Source of the DNA: Monosiga brevicollis MX1
Taxonomy: Eukaryota
Direction: 5' to 3'
Length of the DNA: 46,238 nucleotides
Assembly: GCF_000002865.3 (NCBI RefSeq)
Contig: NW_001865084.1
Span: 124,001 to 170,238, forward strand
Shown one piece after another: positions 12,001-19,331 of this stretch. The first letter of the stretch is position 1; the number at the start of each line of letters is the position of its first letter. Under the pieces are notes generated by a model that was given only the letters and a program-made list of their open reading frames with translations, ran no database searches and had not been told where the DNA came from. Position numbers and translations under genes: made by a program.

Positions 12001-15000
12001 TGCAGCGCTGGTGAGTGGCAGCACGTCTGTTGTGACAGGTACTGCCGCAGGCAGGGCTTACGTGCAGTGCACGTACGGGCCGGCCGGTGTGAGCAATGCC
12101 GACAGCCTGTACCCCTTGGACACGTTGTCAGATGCAGTTGAGGTTGTGAGCTTGGACGACATGACATTGACAGGCAGTGGTGTTTCGACGAGCGGCAGCA
12201 CTGTGACTGTGACAGGGGTGCAGAATACGGCGCGCGTGGCAATGGTGCAGGTGGGGGCCACTTTTAGTGATGGCACCAAGTACACCTCACTGTTTAGCGG
12301 GTCTGCAGGGTCGCGGTCAGCCGTGTTGCCTGGGCTTGTGACGGTGTCGCTGGTCGGCACAGGTTTGACGGTGGATAACGTGACGGGCACCGTTTCGATT
12401 GTGGAGAACTCGCTTAGCGGCGTGCTTATCACGGTGAGCGCAACAGAGGTTGCAACGTCTGTTTCAGCAACGCTGGAGGCATTTGGCAATCTGGCGCCGG
12501 CTGCTGGGGATGTGGATCTGGGTAGCACGAGCGGTCCTGCAATTGGAGCACTGTCGGTTGGACAAACGACGACGGTTGCACTGCGAGTGAACACAGGTGC
12601 AGCTCGGGTGACTGCTTTTCAGGCCAGGCTGGCGCTGAATGCGTCATTGGTGCAGGTTGTGGGCGTGAGCAGCTCATACACTAGTCCGTCGGTGAACATC
12701 CGAGATGATGAGGTGGAGTTTAGCATGATTTTGACCAACGGCGTCAGCGGTAGCAACGTGTTGATTGCCAACATTGAGGTACAAGCAGTGGGCGCTGGCG
12801 TGGGTGTCTTGACGGGCACGATTGTGAACATGGCCACGGCTGAGTTTGTTGCGGTTGGTGCGGGGCCCTTTGTGGCCGGCACAGTGCCGTATCGTGTGGT
12901 GGGTGCTGTGCGCCGCCGCAGCAGCATGAGTACACCAGAAGAGCTTGTGGAGGAGGCCGTGAAGGTGGATGAGCTTCTGGCTGGGGCACGCGCTGTGGCA
13001 GCACAGGTGCAGCACCGTCAGCGGCGCACAAGTGATGTCGGTCGCGTGCTGGGTGATTTCGTGGGGCCACGGGCCAGCACGAGCGAAGCCTATGCACCTG
13101 ACGGGTTGGTTCAGGTTGTGGACGCATTGTTCATTTTCAACTATATTTTGCTGCGCTCGCCTGGTGCGTCGGCAACAGAGCGGGCACCGTATGAGGCGGT
13201 GTTGGCGACTCTGGGCAGTGATCCAGATGCACTGGTTGACATTGATCAGAACGGCCGGCTGGAGTACTTTGCCGACACGTTTTACCTCCAGGATGTGAGT
13301 GTGCAGATCAAGTACATGTTTACAGCCGAGGTACACGCACCAGAGCCCGGGGCTGATTGCTATACGGAGGTTCGAGTGAATGTGCACGTGATTCCCGGCG
13401 GCAGCTTGGACGCTTCGCGGGTGTTCTTCCTTGCTGATCTGGGTATTGATTCTGCCTCGGATGCAGCTGCCGTTCCATTGATGTCAGCCCATGTGGGCAA
13501 TGGTACGTTGTTACCTGTGGATAAGACGGCCAATGGCTTGTTTGGGGCCATCTTGCAGCTAGATGCTGGTGCGGCCGAGGCAGCACTTGAGTACAACCAG
13601 ACGATGCATGTCTACCGCGGCACCTTTGTGAGTCGCGTGGAGAATGGCACGGAGGTTGATCTTGGGGTGTCGATCGTGCAGGCTGTCCAGGACACGGCAG
13701 GCGAAATGTATGTCTTCTTCTCCGAGTCGTACACGGATGCAGGCTCAGGGCGGTTCGCAGCTCAGCTTGATGTCAATGCCTCCCTCACCGAAGCTCAAGC
13801 TTTGAACCAATCCACATCGACAGTGACTATTTCATCAGCCAATATCGGCTATGCCCCCTTGCTGAGCGTCTTGCTTAATGGTTCAACTTCAACCTGCAAG
13901 ATCGATAATGTGCTGTGCAACTTCGAGACACAATTTCTGTTTGGCGAGGCTGTGGCTTGCACCAATGTCACTATTTGCAACACCTCGTCCTACGTGGCCG
14001 TCAATCACACGTTGTTCGCGGACTTGTCCTGCGATCTCGTCACTGAGTGCAATTTTTCAACGGAATATGTTGCCGTCAATGCTTCTTACTACTCTGATGC
14101 AGTTTGCTCGAACCGGACGAAATGTGGCAATGATCAGTATGTTCAGTATTCAACAACAGTCTACGAGGATGATGCCTGTTTCTCTGTTACTTCTTGCGGT
14201 GATGGCGAGATCGAACAGGCACCTGCAACTGACACGTCCGATCGAATTTGCCTGGCCAAGTCTGCCAGCCGAGACACCAACGTGGGCGCTGTCATCGGAG
14301 GCGTTCTTGGTGCCATAGTAGTATTATTGCTGCTTCTCATACTTGTGGTTTTTTCACGTCGACGCAAGGTTCAAGTGGAGACCGACACGGTGTTTACTGC
14401 GCACAAGATCACTTACAATCCTGCATACGCGTCTTCATTCTTGAGCAATGATGATCTTCTCGAGTTGGGAAGCTGGAAGTTGGAGTCTTTTGATGAGGAG
14501 GCAGAGGTGGCCGAAACCAGCTTTGTTAACCCTCCGCCCGCCGTGTCTTCACCGGGTACAACGTCGGTATCGGAACCTCCTGTGGAGACAGAAGAACCGG
14601 TTGCGGCCCCGCCTCCCTTCAGCTCTAGCATGTTGTCATACGTGTCACCACCAGGTTTTACGGTTGACAATGCCGAGGTGCCCGAAGACACGCCGCTGGA
14701 ATATGTCCCCCCTGCGTATAGTGGCCTTTGGGCGCCACTCCCCACTGACGAGACTGTCCAGAAACCAACTGACCCCTATGTTTCACCCCCGGCATTCACT
14801 CCAAGCCCAACACACGAGGTGACCGAGGCTACATCTGAGACGGGGGCAGCATTTGAGGCACCAGTCCCGCCCTCTGGCATGCCTGCACCCGCAGTCGCTG
14901 CACCACTACGTATAAATTCAGGGACAGGCGCAGCCGGCGATGCTGATATGGAGAGCGAGTCTGTGGTCGATGATGCTTGGCCCCGCACAAGTAGTTTGGA

Positions 15001-15268
15001 CAATGCTGCTGCCAAGCATCGCTCGGGCTATATGGATATTCCTGCCACGGATGAGCTTGAGTTTGACGCTGAAGAAGCTCAGGCCATGGCATCATCACAA
15101 GAGAAAGCCACGGACAGCACGTCTCCGAGTGCAGCTGGACGGGGGCAAGCATCACAGTCATCGGCTGGAGGATTGCTGTCTCTTTTTGATATGACTGTGA
15201 CTGCTGTGGAGGATGACGAGGAAGTCGTTCTTGATCTCGACATGGATGAGGCAGGCGAGGAGGCCTAA
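2..15268 (+). CDS. Giant type I membrane protein, 5'-partial: three TMEM132-like/cohesin/dockerin/Cys-rich units, one TM helix and a Tyr/Pro-rich cytoplasmic tail (coherin/TMEM132-related)
   Basis: The frame is open from base 2 (TTTTTTTTASVATT...) to TAA at 15266-15268, so the GTG start at 32 in the ORF track is not the real start. TM segment VGAVIGGVLGAIVVLLLLLILVVF (about 14282-14353) is followed by SRRRK. Many N-x-S/T sequons. TMEM132-like motifs NNAPLTG, LYPEEPLQINVS, PIRGW, YQRATVQV and DVTYLL. Confidence 0.9.
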   Translation, partial: TTTTTTTTASVATTTAEDTRLTQPLLLTGSVDVYPDRHTTARSQATYRAGQSGTVTAATIEGQLSVSRTLTVSATVPDVIVLGLYQNATYNDARRLVGEIFLFDAYGNPSTSGSSIVTVRATTIDGSYSATSQTRIQTPNGRYQFNLLFNEAMYSQARMGTVVAFIGTNRATSSVISEESTFSVIPSPTLTNAEAYIRLPYEDVYSTDLNAALVFGVPSTAANQAASSIIWQFSTNAAVTFSASSLPAGCTISTDLTNSLSRNVSCPAATALAGTAALTFTIASSQATTSPTVVVSSVAAWRRLADGSSVSLNAVVRDRNGDGTQGYIYTPAAYTAFAVAFLTKTTFIVDDAASDQSSAMSFYAGQSSGRMLILTANSCVSSEPSITTTSSCGIVVSKNVPRGAFTITVSRNGATAVATGRVLAPEEEYTLSLNSDYVAPITGAFDADCQAFAVAPAITITRTFSGGNRTLSLDISSELATDLFVDPNIGYISAEPRLVLRHSFVAAAASQGSLSVPIVLKTPGGNVTKTLEVPVNDAAQGELFVTLATGLGLTVASSGYYAPAAVMATVTTGTTFTDTRPLALLAHMAVDGIFAQPVSSNNLRIVHPTNTFVIDAQGFLTASPLIFGNVSSSLELQLAPSTCAETPLSATVDEVHYTTNTRIESLVNATRRIANFQDPLSGVAANTTLSLVLHARLNNGTTVDISQNPHVILTAPSWVNVSQDTSSFSWYLTLTEPATTPSFDVQVEYLRAPNGQALFTSSFPIQIVSTTELLLKATSVEGHMFYSMPYRNVVPLLFELFFITATARTSENVQIPLDSCIQCLTPSFLVNGSTIPGNEWQPSTPGTTLLTATFGTFTNATGVNLIAHTDDFIELVNISMWEVAGAYLTSNGIPVLRGRVGDVLNTTFVSNWGAASTIQNFERVSSAFEVSITDASIRYISDIDNATLYLAGNSYGRLVKVTLRALFDANINGTFACWVDTDPQEQGFILHSSPEQLSGPTTNAVIDFGLQPAQVFGDITAFHVRVVTSATLNVRDLVFAVGGSVQDVLFHSEQKFELIMVPDSALLNATLRLQSPTNISGAVNITVFGIIDGHRYSVMPTQSICLGCLDTHAPALVPGFASSPGLTGCELPYDVNEDCRLDISDLHLLHNELAAIDFDLNGMVNEADEQGLAAYILGKLRPPLAVAFEAPIATASRRCRAFLEWTEYNTPLSSAVLQQHGLLLQAQYLNASIVPLVPNSRLERIDAGHWAWINLNTFGNTSALLPVAVTLQNISLSPVLFVTDARQNYSYAFTSAAAQDVEWLEQVGGPDYVGLRHIETYTATASCKPVCDVGSEYFEDETYSCEDVTECDATQYITQDNDATSDRECKFLTQCNPSWQFVGVNETSHTDRVCFNITICNSTSFELVPASTYFDAVCQALTVCPEDTYENVSATYTSDRMCAAVRVCNVSEIEITPPSPTTDRVCAVVDGNSTVDVDVDLAPLDEAIVSVAGNGDGWYIRSAGRLAALATGSHTLSVKTRDSTGISASRSVTVTAEPAETLDAVLLTEVTYSDDDALAVVAQVRDVYGQVGRSSATVQVDFAPQANGRSAFTETCSLSVGTMRCTVSGTVPSAWLAEGAVSDVLVVTAQIQGVASSTISLGTVQVRPQIARPSEVANLEVKLPSTPLVVGTDSEDIYVESSFAPLLRAFGVTVEISAGADVSIVEVTPEAPFDQSVIGTVQTITSGVRVAYAIERSDVDLLTRNAAGRQNLFRFKLRTSSGATAGASVSVKVMAEELRDTSDGAVFPSGYNSAPTPATLRNHSAWLMSGEASLTVVAVEERGMLCQLSDYIIVNNAPLTGTEGQAQVTATMLWNDGSSTSVPGASLTVRSGDVGALGVSANGGLVAGSAQSHGNASVAIEAEYGDFVCGAAARVLYPEEPLQINVSRATVRPIRGWFADGDTTCSQAVYQRATVQVIATYGCANECTGVTSDVTYLLREGLNTSNNAVSNVVVSATGRGQVVFAGPGSATVLAYSSNGVLLGESMTIVASDEQDLQAIEVDLVAVDTLTLSGATSARLFEPVHYTYAYSASSLTAEGSSTTFVAAITLEDGSRIAAGLETNGVTLFSEDESVLSVSGMTATVVTGAVSKAGSLVRAVWQPNGVSNDCNTTAGLALGYGQVTVALPAATGVSVSGQPTRLVVQGDPSSQGMAGQATQFSLGVTLEFEGGSTRSMARDTRTVVSVSPLGALTVDQSESTGITVYSTNQTGTFNVTVTFSNAAYANVSTTVAVTVTAYDRLEVSSNPEPSFAGMSEKTTLAPLAGTEPQLYQQLSLGTTMVLQDGFEIALSTSAVAYNLWATTTAGDAVATSAALVSGSTSVVTGTAAGRAYVQCTYGPAGVSNADSLYPLDTLSDAVEVVSLDDMTLTGSGVSTSGSTVTVTGVQNTARVAMVQVGATFSDGTKYTSLFSGSAGSRSAVLPGLVTVSLVGTGLTVDNVTGTVSIVENSLSGVLITVSATEVATSVSATLEAFGNLAPAAGDVDLGSTSGPAIGALSVGQTTTVALRVNTGAARVTAFQARLALNASLVQVVGVSSSYTSPSVNIRDDEVEFSMILTNGVSGSNVLIANIEVQAVGAGVGVLTGTIVNMATAEFVAVGAGPFVAGTVPYRVVGAVRRRSSMSTPEELVEEAVKVDELLAGARAVAAQVQHRQRRTSDVGRVLGDFVGPRASTSEAYAPDGLVQVVDALFIFNYILLRSPGASATERAPYEAVLATLGSDPDALVDIDQNGRLEYFADTFYLQDVSVQIKYMFTAEVHAPEPGADCYTEVRVNVHVIPGGSLDASRVFFLADLGIDSASDAAAVPLMSAHVGNGTLLPVDKTANGLFGAILQLDAGAAEAALEYNQTMHVYRGTFVSRVENGTEVDLGVSIVQAVQDTAGEMYVFFSESYTDAGSGRFAAQLDVNASVGDELILIQSANSGYSPLLSAEITSSTVACKIDNDLCDFVNEYISGDDAACTDVQPCEADEYVSTNHTTTDNRICSELAECDYMWQYVGINETVYSNRVCFNITICNSTSFELVPASTYFDAVCQALTVCPENTYENVSATYTSDRMCAAVRVCELGEIEIQEPTATSNRVCAVVDGNSTVDVDVDLAPVAVSSVSVMTPGDGWHVHDGGRMAALATGSHTLSVKTRDSTGISASRSVTVTAEPAETLDAVLLTEVTYSDDDALAVVAQVRDVYGQVGRSSATVQVDFAPQANGRSAFTETCSLSVGTMRCTVSGTVPSAWLAEGAVSDVLVVTAQIQGVASSTISLGTVQVRPQIARPSEVANLEVKLPSTPLVVGTDSEDIYVESSFAPLLRAFGVTVEISAGADVSIVEVTPEAPFDQSVIGTVQTITSGVRVAYAIERSDVDLLTRNAAGRQNLFRFKLRTSSGATAGASVSVKVMAEELRDTSDGAVFPSGYNSAPTPATLRNHSAWLMSGEASLTVVAVEERGMLCQLSDYIIVNNAPLTGTEGQAQVTATMLWNDGSSTSVPGASLTVRSGDVGALGVSANGGLVAGSAQSHGNASVAIEAEYGDFVCGAAARVLYPEEPLQINVSRATVRPIRGWFADGDTTCSQAVYQRATVQVIATYGCANECTGVTSDVTYLLREGLNTSNNAVSNVVVSATGRGQVVFAGPGSATVLAYSSNGVLLGESMTIVASDEQDLQAIEVDLVAVDTLTLSGATSARLFEPVHYTYAYSASSLTAEGSSTTFVAAITLEDGSRIAAGLETNGVTLFSEDESVLSVSGMTATVVTGAVSKAGSLVRAVWQPNGVSNDCNTTAGLALGYGQVTVALPAATGVSVSGQPTRLVVQGDPSSQGMAGQATQFSLGVTLEFEGGSTRSMARDTRTVVSVSPLGALTVDQSESTGITVYSTNQTGTFNVTVTFSNAAYANVSTTVAVTVTAYDRLEVSSNPEPSFAGMSEKTTLAPLAGTEPQLYQQLSLGTTMVLQDGFEIALSTSAVAYNLWATTTAGDAVATSAALVSGSTSVVTGTAAGRAYVQCTYGPAGVSNADSLYPLDTLSDAVEVVSLDDMTLTGSGVSTSGSTVTVTGVQNTARVAMVQVGATFSDGTKYTSLFSGSAGSRSAVLPGLVTVSLVGTGLTVDNVTGTVSIVENSLSGVLITVSATEVATSVSATLEAFGNLAPAAGDVDLGSTSGPAIGALSVGQTTTVALRVNTGAARVTAFQARLALNASLVQVVGVSSSYTSPSVNIRDDEVEFSMILTNGVSGSNVLIANIEVQAVGAGVGVLTGTIVNMATAEFVAVGAGPFVAGTVPYRVVGAVRRRSSMSTPEELVEEAVKVDELLAGARAVAAQVQHRQRRTSDVGRVLGDFVGPRASTSEAYAPDGLVQVVDALFIFNYILLRSPGASATERAPYEAVLATLGSDPDALVDIDQNGRLEYFADTFYLQDVSVQIKYMFTAEVHAPEPGADCYTEVRVNVHVIPGGSLDASRVFFLADLGIDSASDAAAVPLMSAHVGNGTLLPVDKTANGLFGAILQLDAGAAEAALEYNQTMHVYRGTFVSRVENGTEVDLGVSIVQAVQDTAGEMYVFFSESYTDAGSGRFAAQLDVNASLTEAQALNQSTSTVTISSANIGYAPLLSVLLNGSTSTCKIDNVLCNFETQFLFGEAVACTNVTICNTSSYVAVNHTLFADLSCDLVTECNFSTEYVAVNASYYSDAVCSNRTKCGNDQYVQYSTTVYEDDACFSVTSCGDGEIEQAPATDTSDRICLAKSASRDTNVGAVIGGVLGAIVVLLLLLILVVFSRRRKVQVETDTVFTAHKITYNPAYASSFLSNDDLLELGSWKLESFDEEAEVAETSFVNPPPAVSSPGTTSVSEPPVETEEPVAAPPPFSSSMLSYVSPPGFTVDNAEVPEDTPLEYVPPAYSGLWAPLPTDETVQKPTDPYVSPPAFTPSPTHEVTEATSETGAAFEAPVPPSGMPAPAVAAPLRINSGTGAAGDADMESESVVDDAWPRTSSLDNAAAKHRSGYMDIPATDELEFDAEEAQAMASSQEKATDSTSPSAAGRGQASQSSAGGLLSLFDMTVTAVEDDEEVVLDLDMDEAGEEA
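3398..3535 (+). other. Dockerin-like domain, unit 1
   Basis: Two Ca-binding loop-plus-helix repeats, DVNEDCRLDISD-LHLL and DFDLNGMVNEAD-EQGLAAYILG, match the dockerin pattern D-x-[ND]-x-[DN]-G-x-x-[DN]-x-x-D (C replaces G in the first loop). Confidence 0.75.
3980..4400 (+). repeat. Cys-rich repeats of about 24 aa (TNFR-like half modules), cassette 1; equivalents at about 8920-9350 and 13895-14250
   Basis: Recurrent C-x5-C...T-x-x-x-D-R/A-x-C units, e.g. CQALTVCPEDTYENVSATYTSDRMC. Confidence 0.75.
5480..6500 (+). other. TMEM132-like tandem Ig region, unit 2 (copy at 10430-11450)
   Basis: Motif order NNAPLTG...YPEEPLQINVSRATVRPIRGW...C...YQRATVQV...DVTYLL...LGESMTIV...LEDGS...SEDESVLSV...LALGYGQVTV parallels the conserved TMEM132 ectodomain order as recalled (NTAxLTG, VPRLPLQIEVSD, IKGW, YQHAxVRV, DIT/DVT, FSDGS, SLDEKVVS, LAVG). 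Confidence 0.7.
7601..7945 (+). other. Cohesin-like beta-sandwich, unit 2 (copy at 12551-12895)
   Basis: LSVGQTTTVALRVNTGAARVTAFQARLALNASLVQVVGV...VLIANIEVQAVGAG follows the cohesin pattern (VGxTxTVxxxV, aFQxxLxY/LD/Nxxxlxvvxv, LaxlxFxa). Confidence 0.65.
8102..8355 (+). other. Divergent dockerin-like domain, unit 2 (copy at 13052-13305)
   Basis: GDF[insert]DGLVQVVDALFIFNYIL ... DIDQNGRLEYFADTFYL, in the same position within the unit as the clearer unit 1 dockerin. Confidence 0.55.
9468..13782 (+). repeat. Long direct repeat, copy B
   Basis: As for copy A. Additional near-identical patches lie at 4173-4345/9123-9295 and 4390-4449/9340-9399. Confidence 0.95.
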
Positions 15269-15658
15269 TGCGAAAGTAGAGCGGTGTGCTTCTTTTTTTC
15301 GACCAGTTCATTGTTATTTTCCATTTTCTTTGTATTTTAACCAACGATTCACACGCCCTCTTTTTGCTCTACTGTGCCTTCACAAGAACGCAATGATTCT
15401 TGGCACACAAAGCTTATGAGAAGTTGTAAAAACAATCAATTGATTCAAAAACACAAACAGGCAAAAGAAGGAAAAGAACACGACCTTGCCTTTGCACACA
15501 CAGGGGAAGGTGGCTGGAGAAGAGGCAAGGTCTAGAAACGAGGGCAAAAATACAGTCCCACGCACAGCGCGACACAATCGGGTAGGGGTGGCAATGATTT
15601 TGAGCCCGGAAGAGCAAAGACAACTTCACACCTCATCAGACATTACTAGTTTGCCATT

Positions 15659-18484
15659 TTAGTTGTTCACACGGCGAACCTTTTCATGCTTGTTCTTTTT
15701 GAAATGCCGCTTATTTTTGGCCGGACCTGCCTTGGCTCCAGCGCTGCGCGCACGGCTGCCATTCATGGATGACACCACAGCTTTGACACCGCTCTGCTTG
15801 AAAAATTCTTCGTCCACAGTGTTCACATAGGTTGGTTGGTGCTAAATACGAGGGCAAGAACAAAAGATGAATGTTGAAATGAGCAAGGATTTGTGAAAAA
15901 GAGAAGATAAAGCACATATGAAGAAACGACGCCATTCGAGGAATAGGTGTATGTTCCGCTAACCCTGGGACCGGAGATGGAAGCAGAGTCACTGTCCAGA
16001 AGTGCAGAGGCCTTGGCCATGGCTTCAGCTATGCAAAGCGATACAAACGTGAGTGAAGGAACCTCCGTGTGGCGCTGTCATGATGTATTTGGAAGGCGTG
16101 AAAGATGCGCAAAGACAACATACTTGGCACCATGGAGACAAGCTGTGGATAGCCAGGAGGTGGCTTACAAAACAGCAATTTACCCTGAAACCCAAGAATG
16201 CACCAATGATGAGCCTGTAAGCGACAAGTGCATCTAAAGAGTTTCGATTCGAAAGATGCACTCACCTTGACGTAGTCTTTCAGCACAATGCGGCCACCGC
16301 GCTGTACATCGGGCAAGCCACGGGCGTTCATAAAGCCGCGGGCAAAACTGAACGCGTTCAAAAACTCGTATGCAGTTGGCGGGCGGTCCACACTCTAAGC
16401 GCATCCCAAAATGTCAACTCATCGATGGGACCAGAACGAAGAGATAACCCAAAGAAAAGAGGGGTCATGACAAGAAAACAATGGGAATACCTCGCCTTCA
16501 GCTGGTCGAATGATGCGAATGCCATAGGTTGACTCGAGGATGTGGCGAGGGATGGTGTGGCAAACGTGGGCGCTTGGGGCTGTCTCGCATGAAAGTGCCA
16601 AGTAAGCGTACACGGGTACCAGGAGAAAAAAAAAAACATATGAGCAGATGTCAACGATCAGGAGTGTACGGTGAGGGAGCAAGAAAGCGCGAGCACTGAG
16701 CCACAACGTACGAATTGTGTCACGCAATTGATCAACAGGAAGGATGCCATTGCACACCAGCTCAGCCTTGGATTTGGCAAAGTTGGGGAATACGAGACCA
16801 GGACAATCGCAGAGCGTCATCTCAGGAAGAAGGATGGTCTGGAAGTGCTTTGTTTTGCCGGGCGTCGCTGACACGGAGACACGCTTTGAGCGGCAAATCG
16901 CGTTGATTGTCGAGGACTTGCCAACGTTGGGGTAGCCAACTAAACCAATGACTGGGTGTCGGTCTTCGCCCACACCCTCGGCCAATTGAAGCAACAGATC
17001 CATGAGCTGTGACACATCATAGAGCTGAGTGGGGTTGACCGTCAGATGTCGCCAAACATCAGTGTCCTCCTCAATGGCCCCGAGCGTGTCCTCCTCCTCG
17101 TCATCCGCAGTAAAAAAGTTAGAACCTGCTTGACCAGATAGCAGGCTTGCATCGGCCGCAGCTACGTTAAGATTAAGTCCACTAGAACTCGTGGTGGGTT
17201 CGCTGGCGGCCGCCTGGGCAGAGGCACCCTGCGCATCCTCGGCTTCGTCATCATCAGGTGTGGGTGTCTGGGCTCCATCGTCGAGATCGGATGCCGCATC
17301 GTGATCATCAAGCAGTCCCTCTGCATCCTGATCATCTGTCGGCTCGGTCTTTGCTTCATCCTTCTTGACCTCATCGTCCTCTTCATCGTCATCATCTTCC
17401 TCGTCTTCAACGGCAAGCGCTGCGAATCCACCCTTGCTCTGTGAGGATAAGTATCAGAAGCCTGTGAGCAGGATCCCAGAGAAGCAGTATCTGGCAAGGA
17501 TGGGTAACGCAAAAGAGACAAACAGGAGGCAGGCAGAAGGGCGTCTGTTCATGGGCGGGATACGTACGCTTTGAAGTTTTTTACGAAAGGTATTGGACAA
17601 CAAATCTAGATCCTCGTCCTTGACAGTCATTTCCTCCATGACGCGAGCTTCCTCTGCGGCCTCGTCTTGAGCTTGCTTCGCAGCTTCCTCCTTGAAAAAG
17701 CAAAACAGTAGGCGGCTAAGTGGAATCTTCACACAATAAAAACAGTTGCTTAAAAGAATGCTTGAGAAGAAATGTCTACCTCATTCCGTTGCGTTTCCAA
17801 GGCTGCGGAGAAAAAAACAAATGGTGTTCCTTGCTTGAGAAAGTAGTCGGCCCATTGAGCTCTGCCAAGTCAGGCGGCGTGCATTGATGGGACAGTGACG
17901 TGAGGCGGGCAGAGAAGAAGAAAAGAGAGAGAGAGAGAGAGGAACATCTCAAAACATGTCAGTACCCACCGCTGATCCTCAGAAAGCAAATCGGCTTTGT
18001 TGATAAGCAATAGGTTGCGCTTGGTGGAGTCAACCTGTGAAAAAAAAAAAAAAAAGAAAGAATAGTGAGCCAAGTCAGGCGTGAAAACAACAGAAGCACG
18101 TAAACTATGAACCAACCTCTTTCACGCAACCTTCAAGATCACGGCAGCGGAAGAGCAAGGGGTTGCGTGCATCGACGATCTGAACAATCACATCACTACA
18201 CGCCATTGATATGTGAGCAACACACACCCCAGTTTGACAGCAACAATGGGAGAAAGCAAAGGGGTGTACGAGCCAGCATCAAGAGCCATGAACGAACCTG
18301 CGCTCGACGACACGCCACAGCTGACGCCAAAAATCAAGATTGCGCTCAAATGGGGTCAGAAGAAGATCAACGTTCTCTTGTAGGACCGCAAGCTCACGGC
18401 GCCAGTTCAAGAAGCTGGATATGTCAACAGAGTAAGCCACAAGTCTCAAGTACAAGCGATCAAGGGGGCAGCTCAAGCGCCAAG

Positions 18485-18515
<31 letters not shown>

Positions 18516-19331
18516 AGGCAACAAACCTTTCGCGCTCGATCTGTTGAAGCTCCTCGGCACTCATATCACGCGTCCAGGCTGGACGACGAGGAATGCGAAG
18601 ATACTTGCGGTTCTCTCGTCGCGCGGCTGCGCCGCGTCTGTCAACAAGTGAAGGGCGCACAATGAAAGGCATGAGAAGTTTGCTTCAAGATGTGGCTTCC
18701 ATTTCATTCGTGCTGAGAAGAGTCCCCCCGAAAGGAGCACTGCGTGTCAGAATAGAACAGCGTACTTGCGCATCTCCAATGAGGGCAAGGCATCATTGAC
18801 TTGTTCAGTAACGACTCGGGCGTTTTCACGTTCTACGAGGGAAGCGCAGAAGACCGCAAGATGAGTCACGAGGCCATTTGGTCCTAGGCTCAGCACCACC
18901 AAGGCCGTCAAGAGTGTGACTGGGCTAGAATGCACGCCCGTTCTGGACGCATACCAGCTGTGAAATCGGTGCCGGCCAGCTCGGCGGTTGAGAGAAAGTC
19001 ATCCAGAGCATTTTGTTCTGTCACGGACACGCCTTGCGTGTTGGTCCAGGAGAAGCCATCATCAAGGTCTGAAGTGTGAGCCTGAATGCAAAACCGAACA
19101 ATAGAGCCAGGAGAACCAACACGTCAGCGTGAGTTGTGCCGGCCGACAGGCTCCAAATTTGCGTGAAAGAGTTGCATGACTGTCGGTGAGGGAGCAAATG
19201 GTGCGGTCTTAGAGTTGGGACAAACGCACCACACTGCGTTCGCCACTGGAGCCATGATAACCGCGGAAGCGGTCCTTGATGACAGCCTTGCCCAAACCCG
19301 AGGTTTGGGCTTGCTTCTTCTTGCCCCCCAT
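15659..19331 (-). CDS. LSG1: Large subunit GTPase 1 (circularly permuted YlqF/YawG-family GTPase), multi-exon
   Basis: The spliced exons give MGGKKKQAQTSGLGKAVIKDRF, HTSDLDDG...SVTEQNALDDFLSTAELAGTDFTA, LRIPRRPAW, TPFERNLDFWRQLWRVVER, IVDARNPLLFRC, NKADLL, GYPNVGKSSTIN, VSATPGKTKHFQT, LCDCPGLVFP, IVLKDYVK and a basic C-terminus KRHFKKNKHEKVRRVNN* (TAA 15659-15661). Confidence 0.95.

Noticed and set aside
180..15344. Many short ORFs overlapping the giant gene
   Set aside because: These are antisense or alternate-frame shadows with no motifs. Their duplication only mirrors the DNA repeat.
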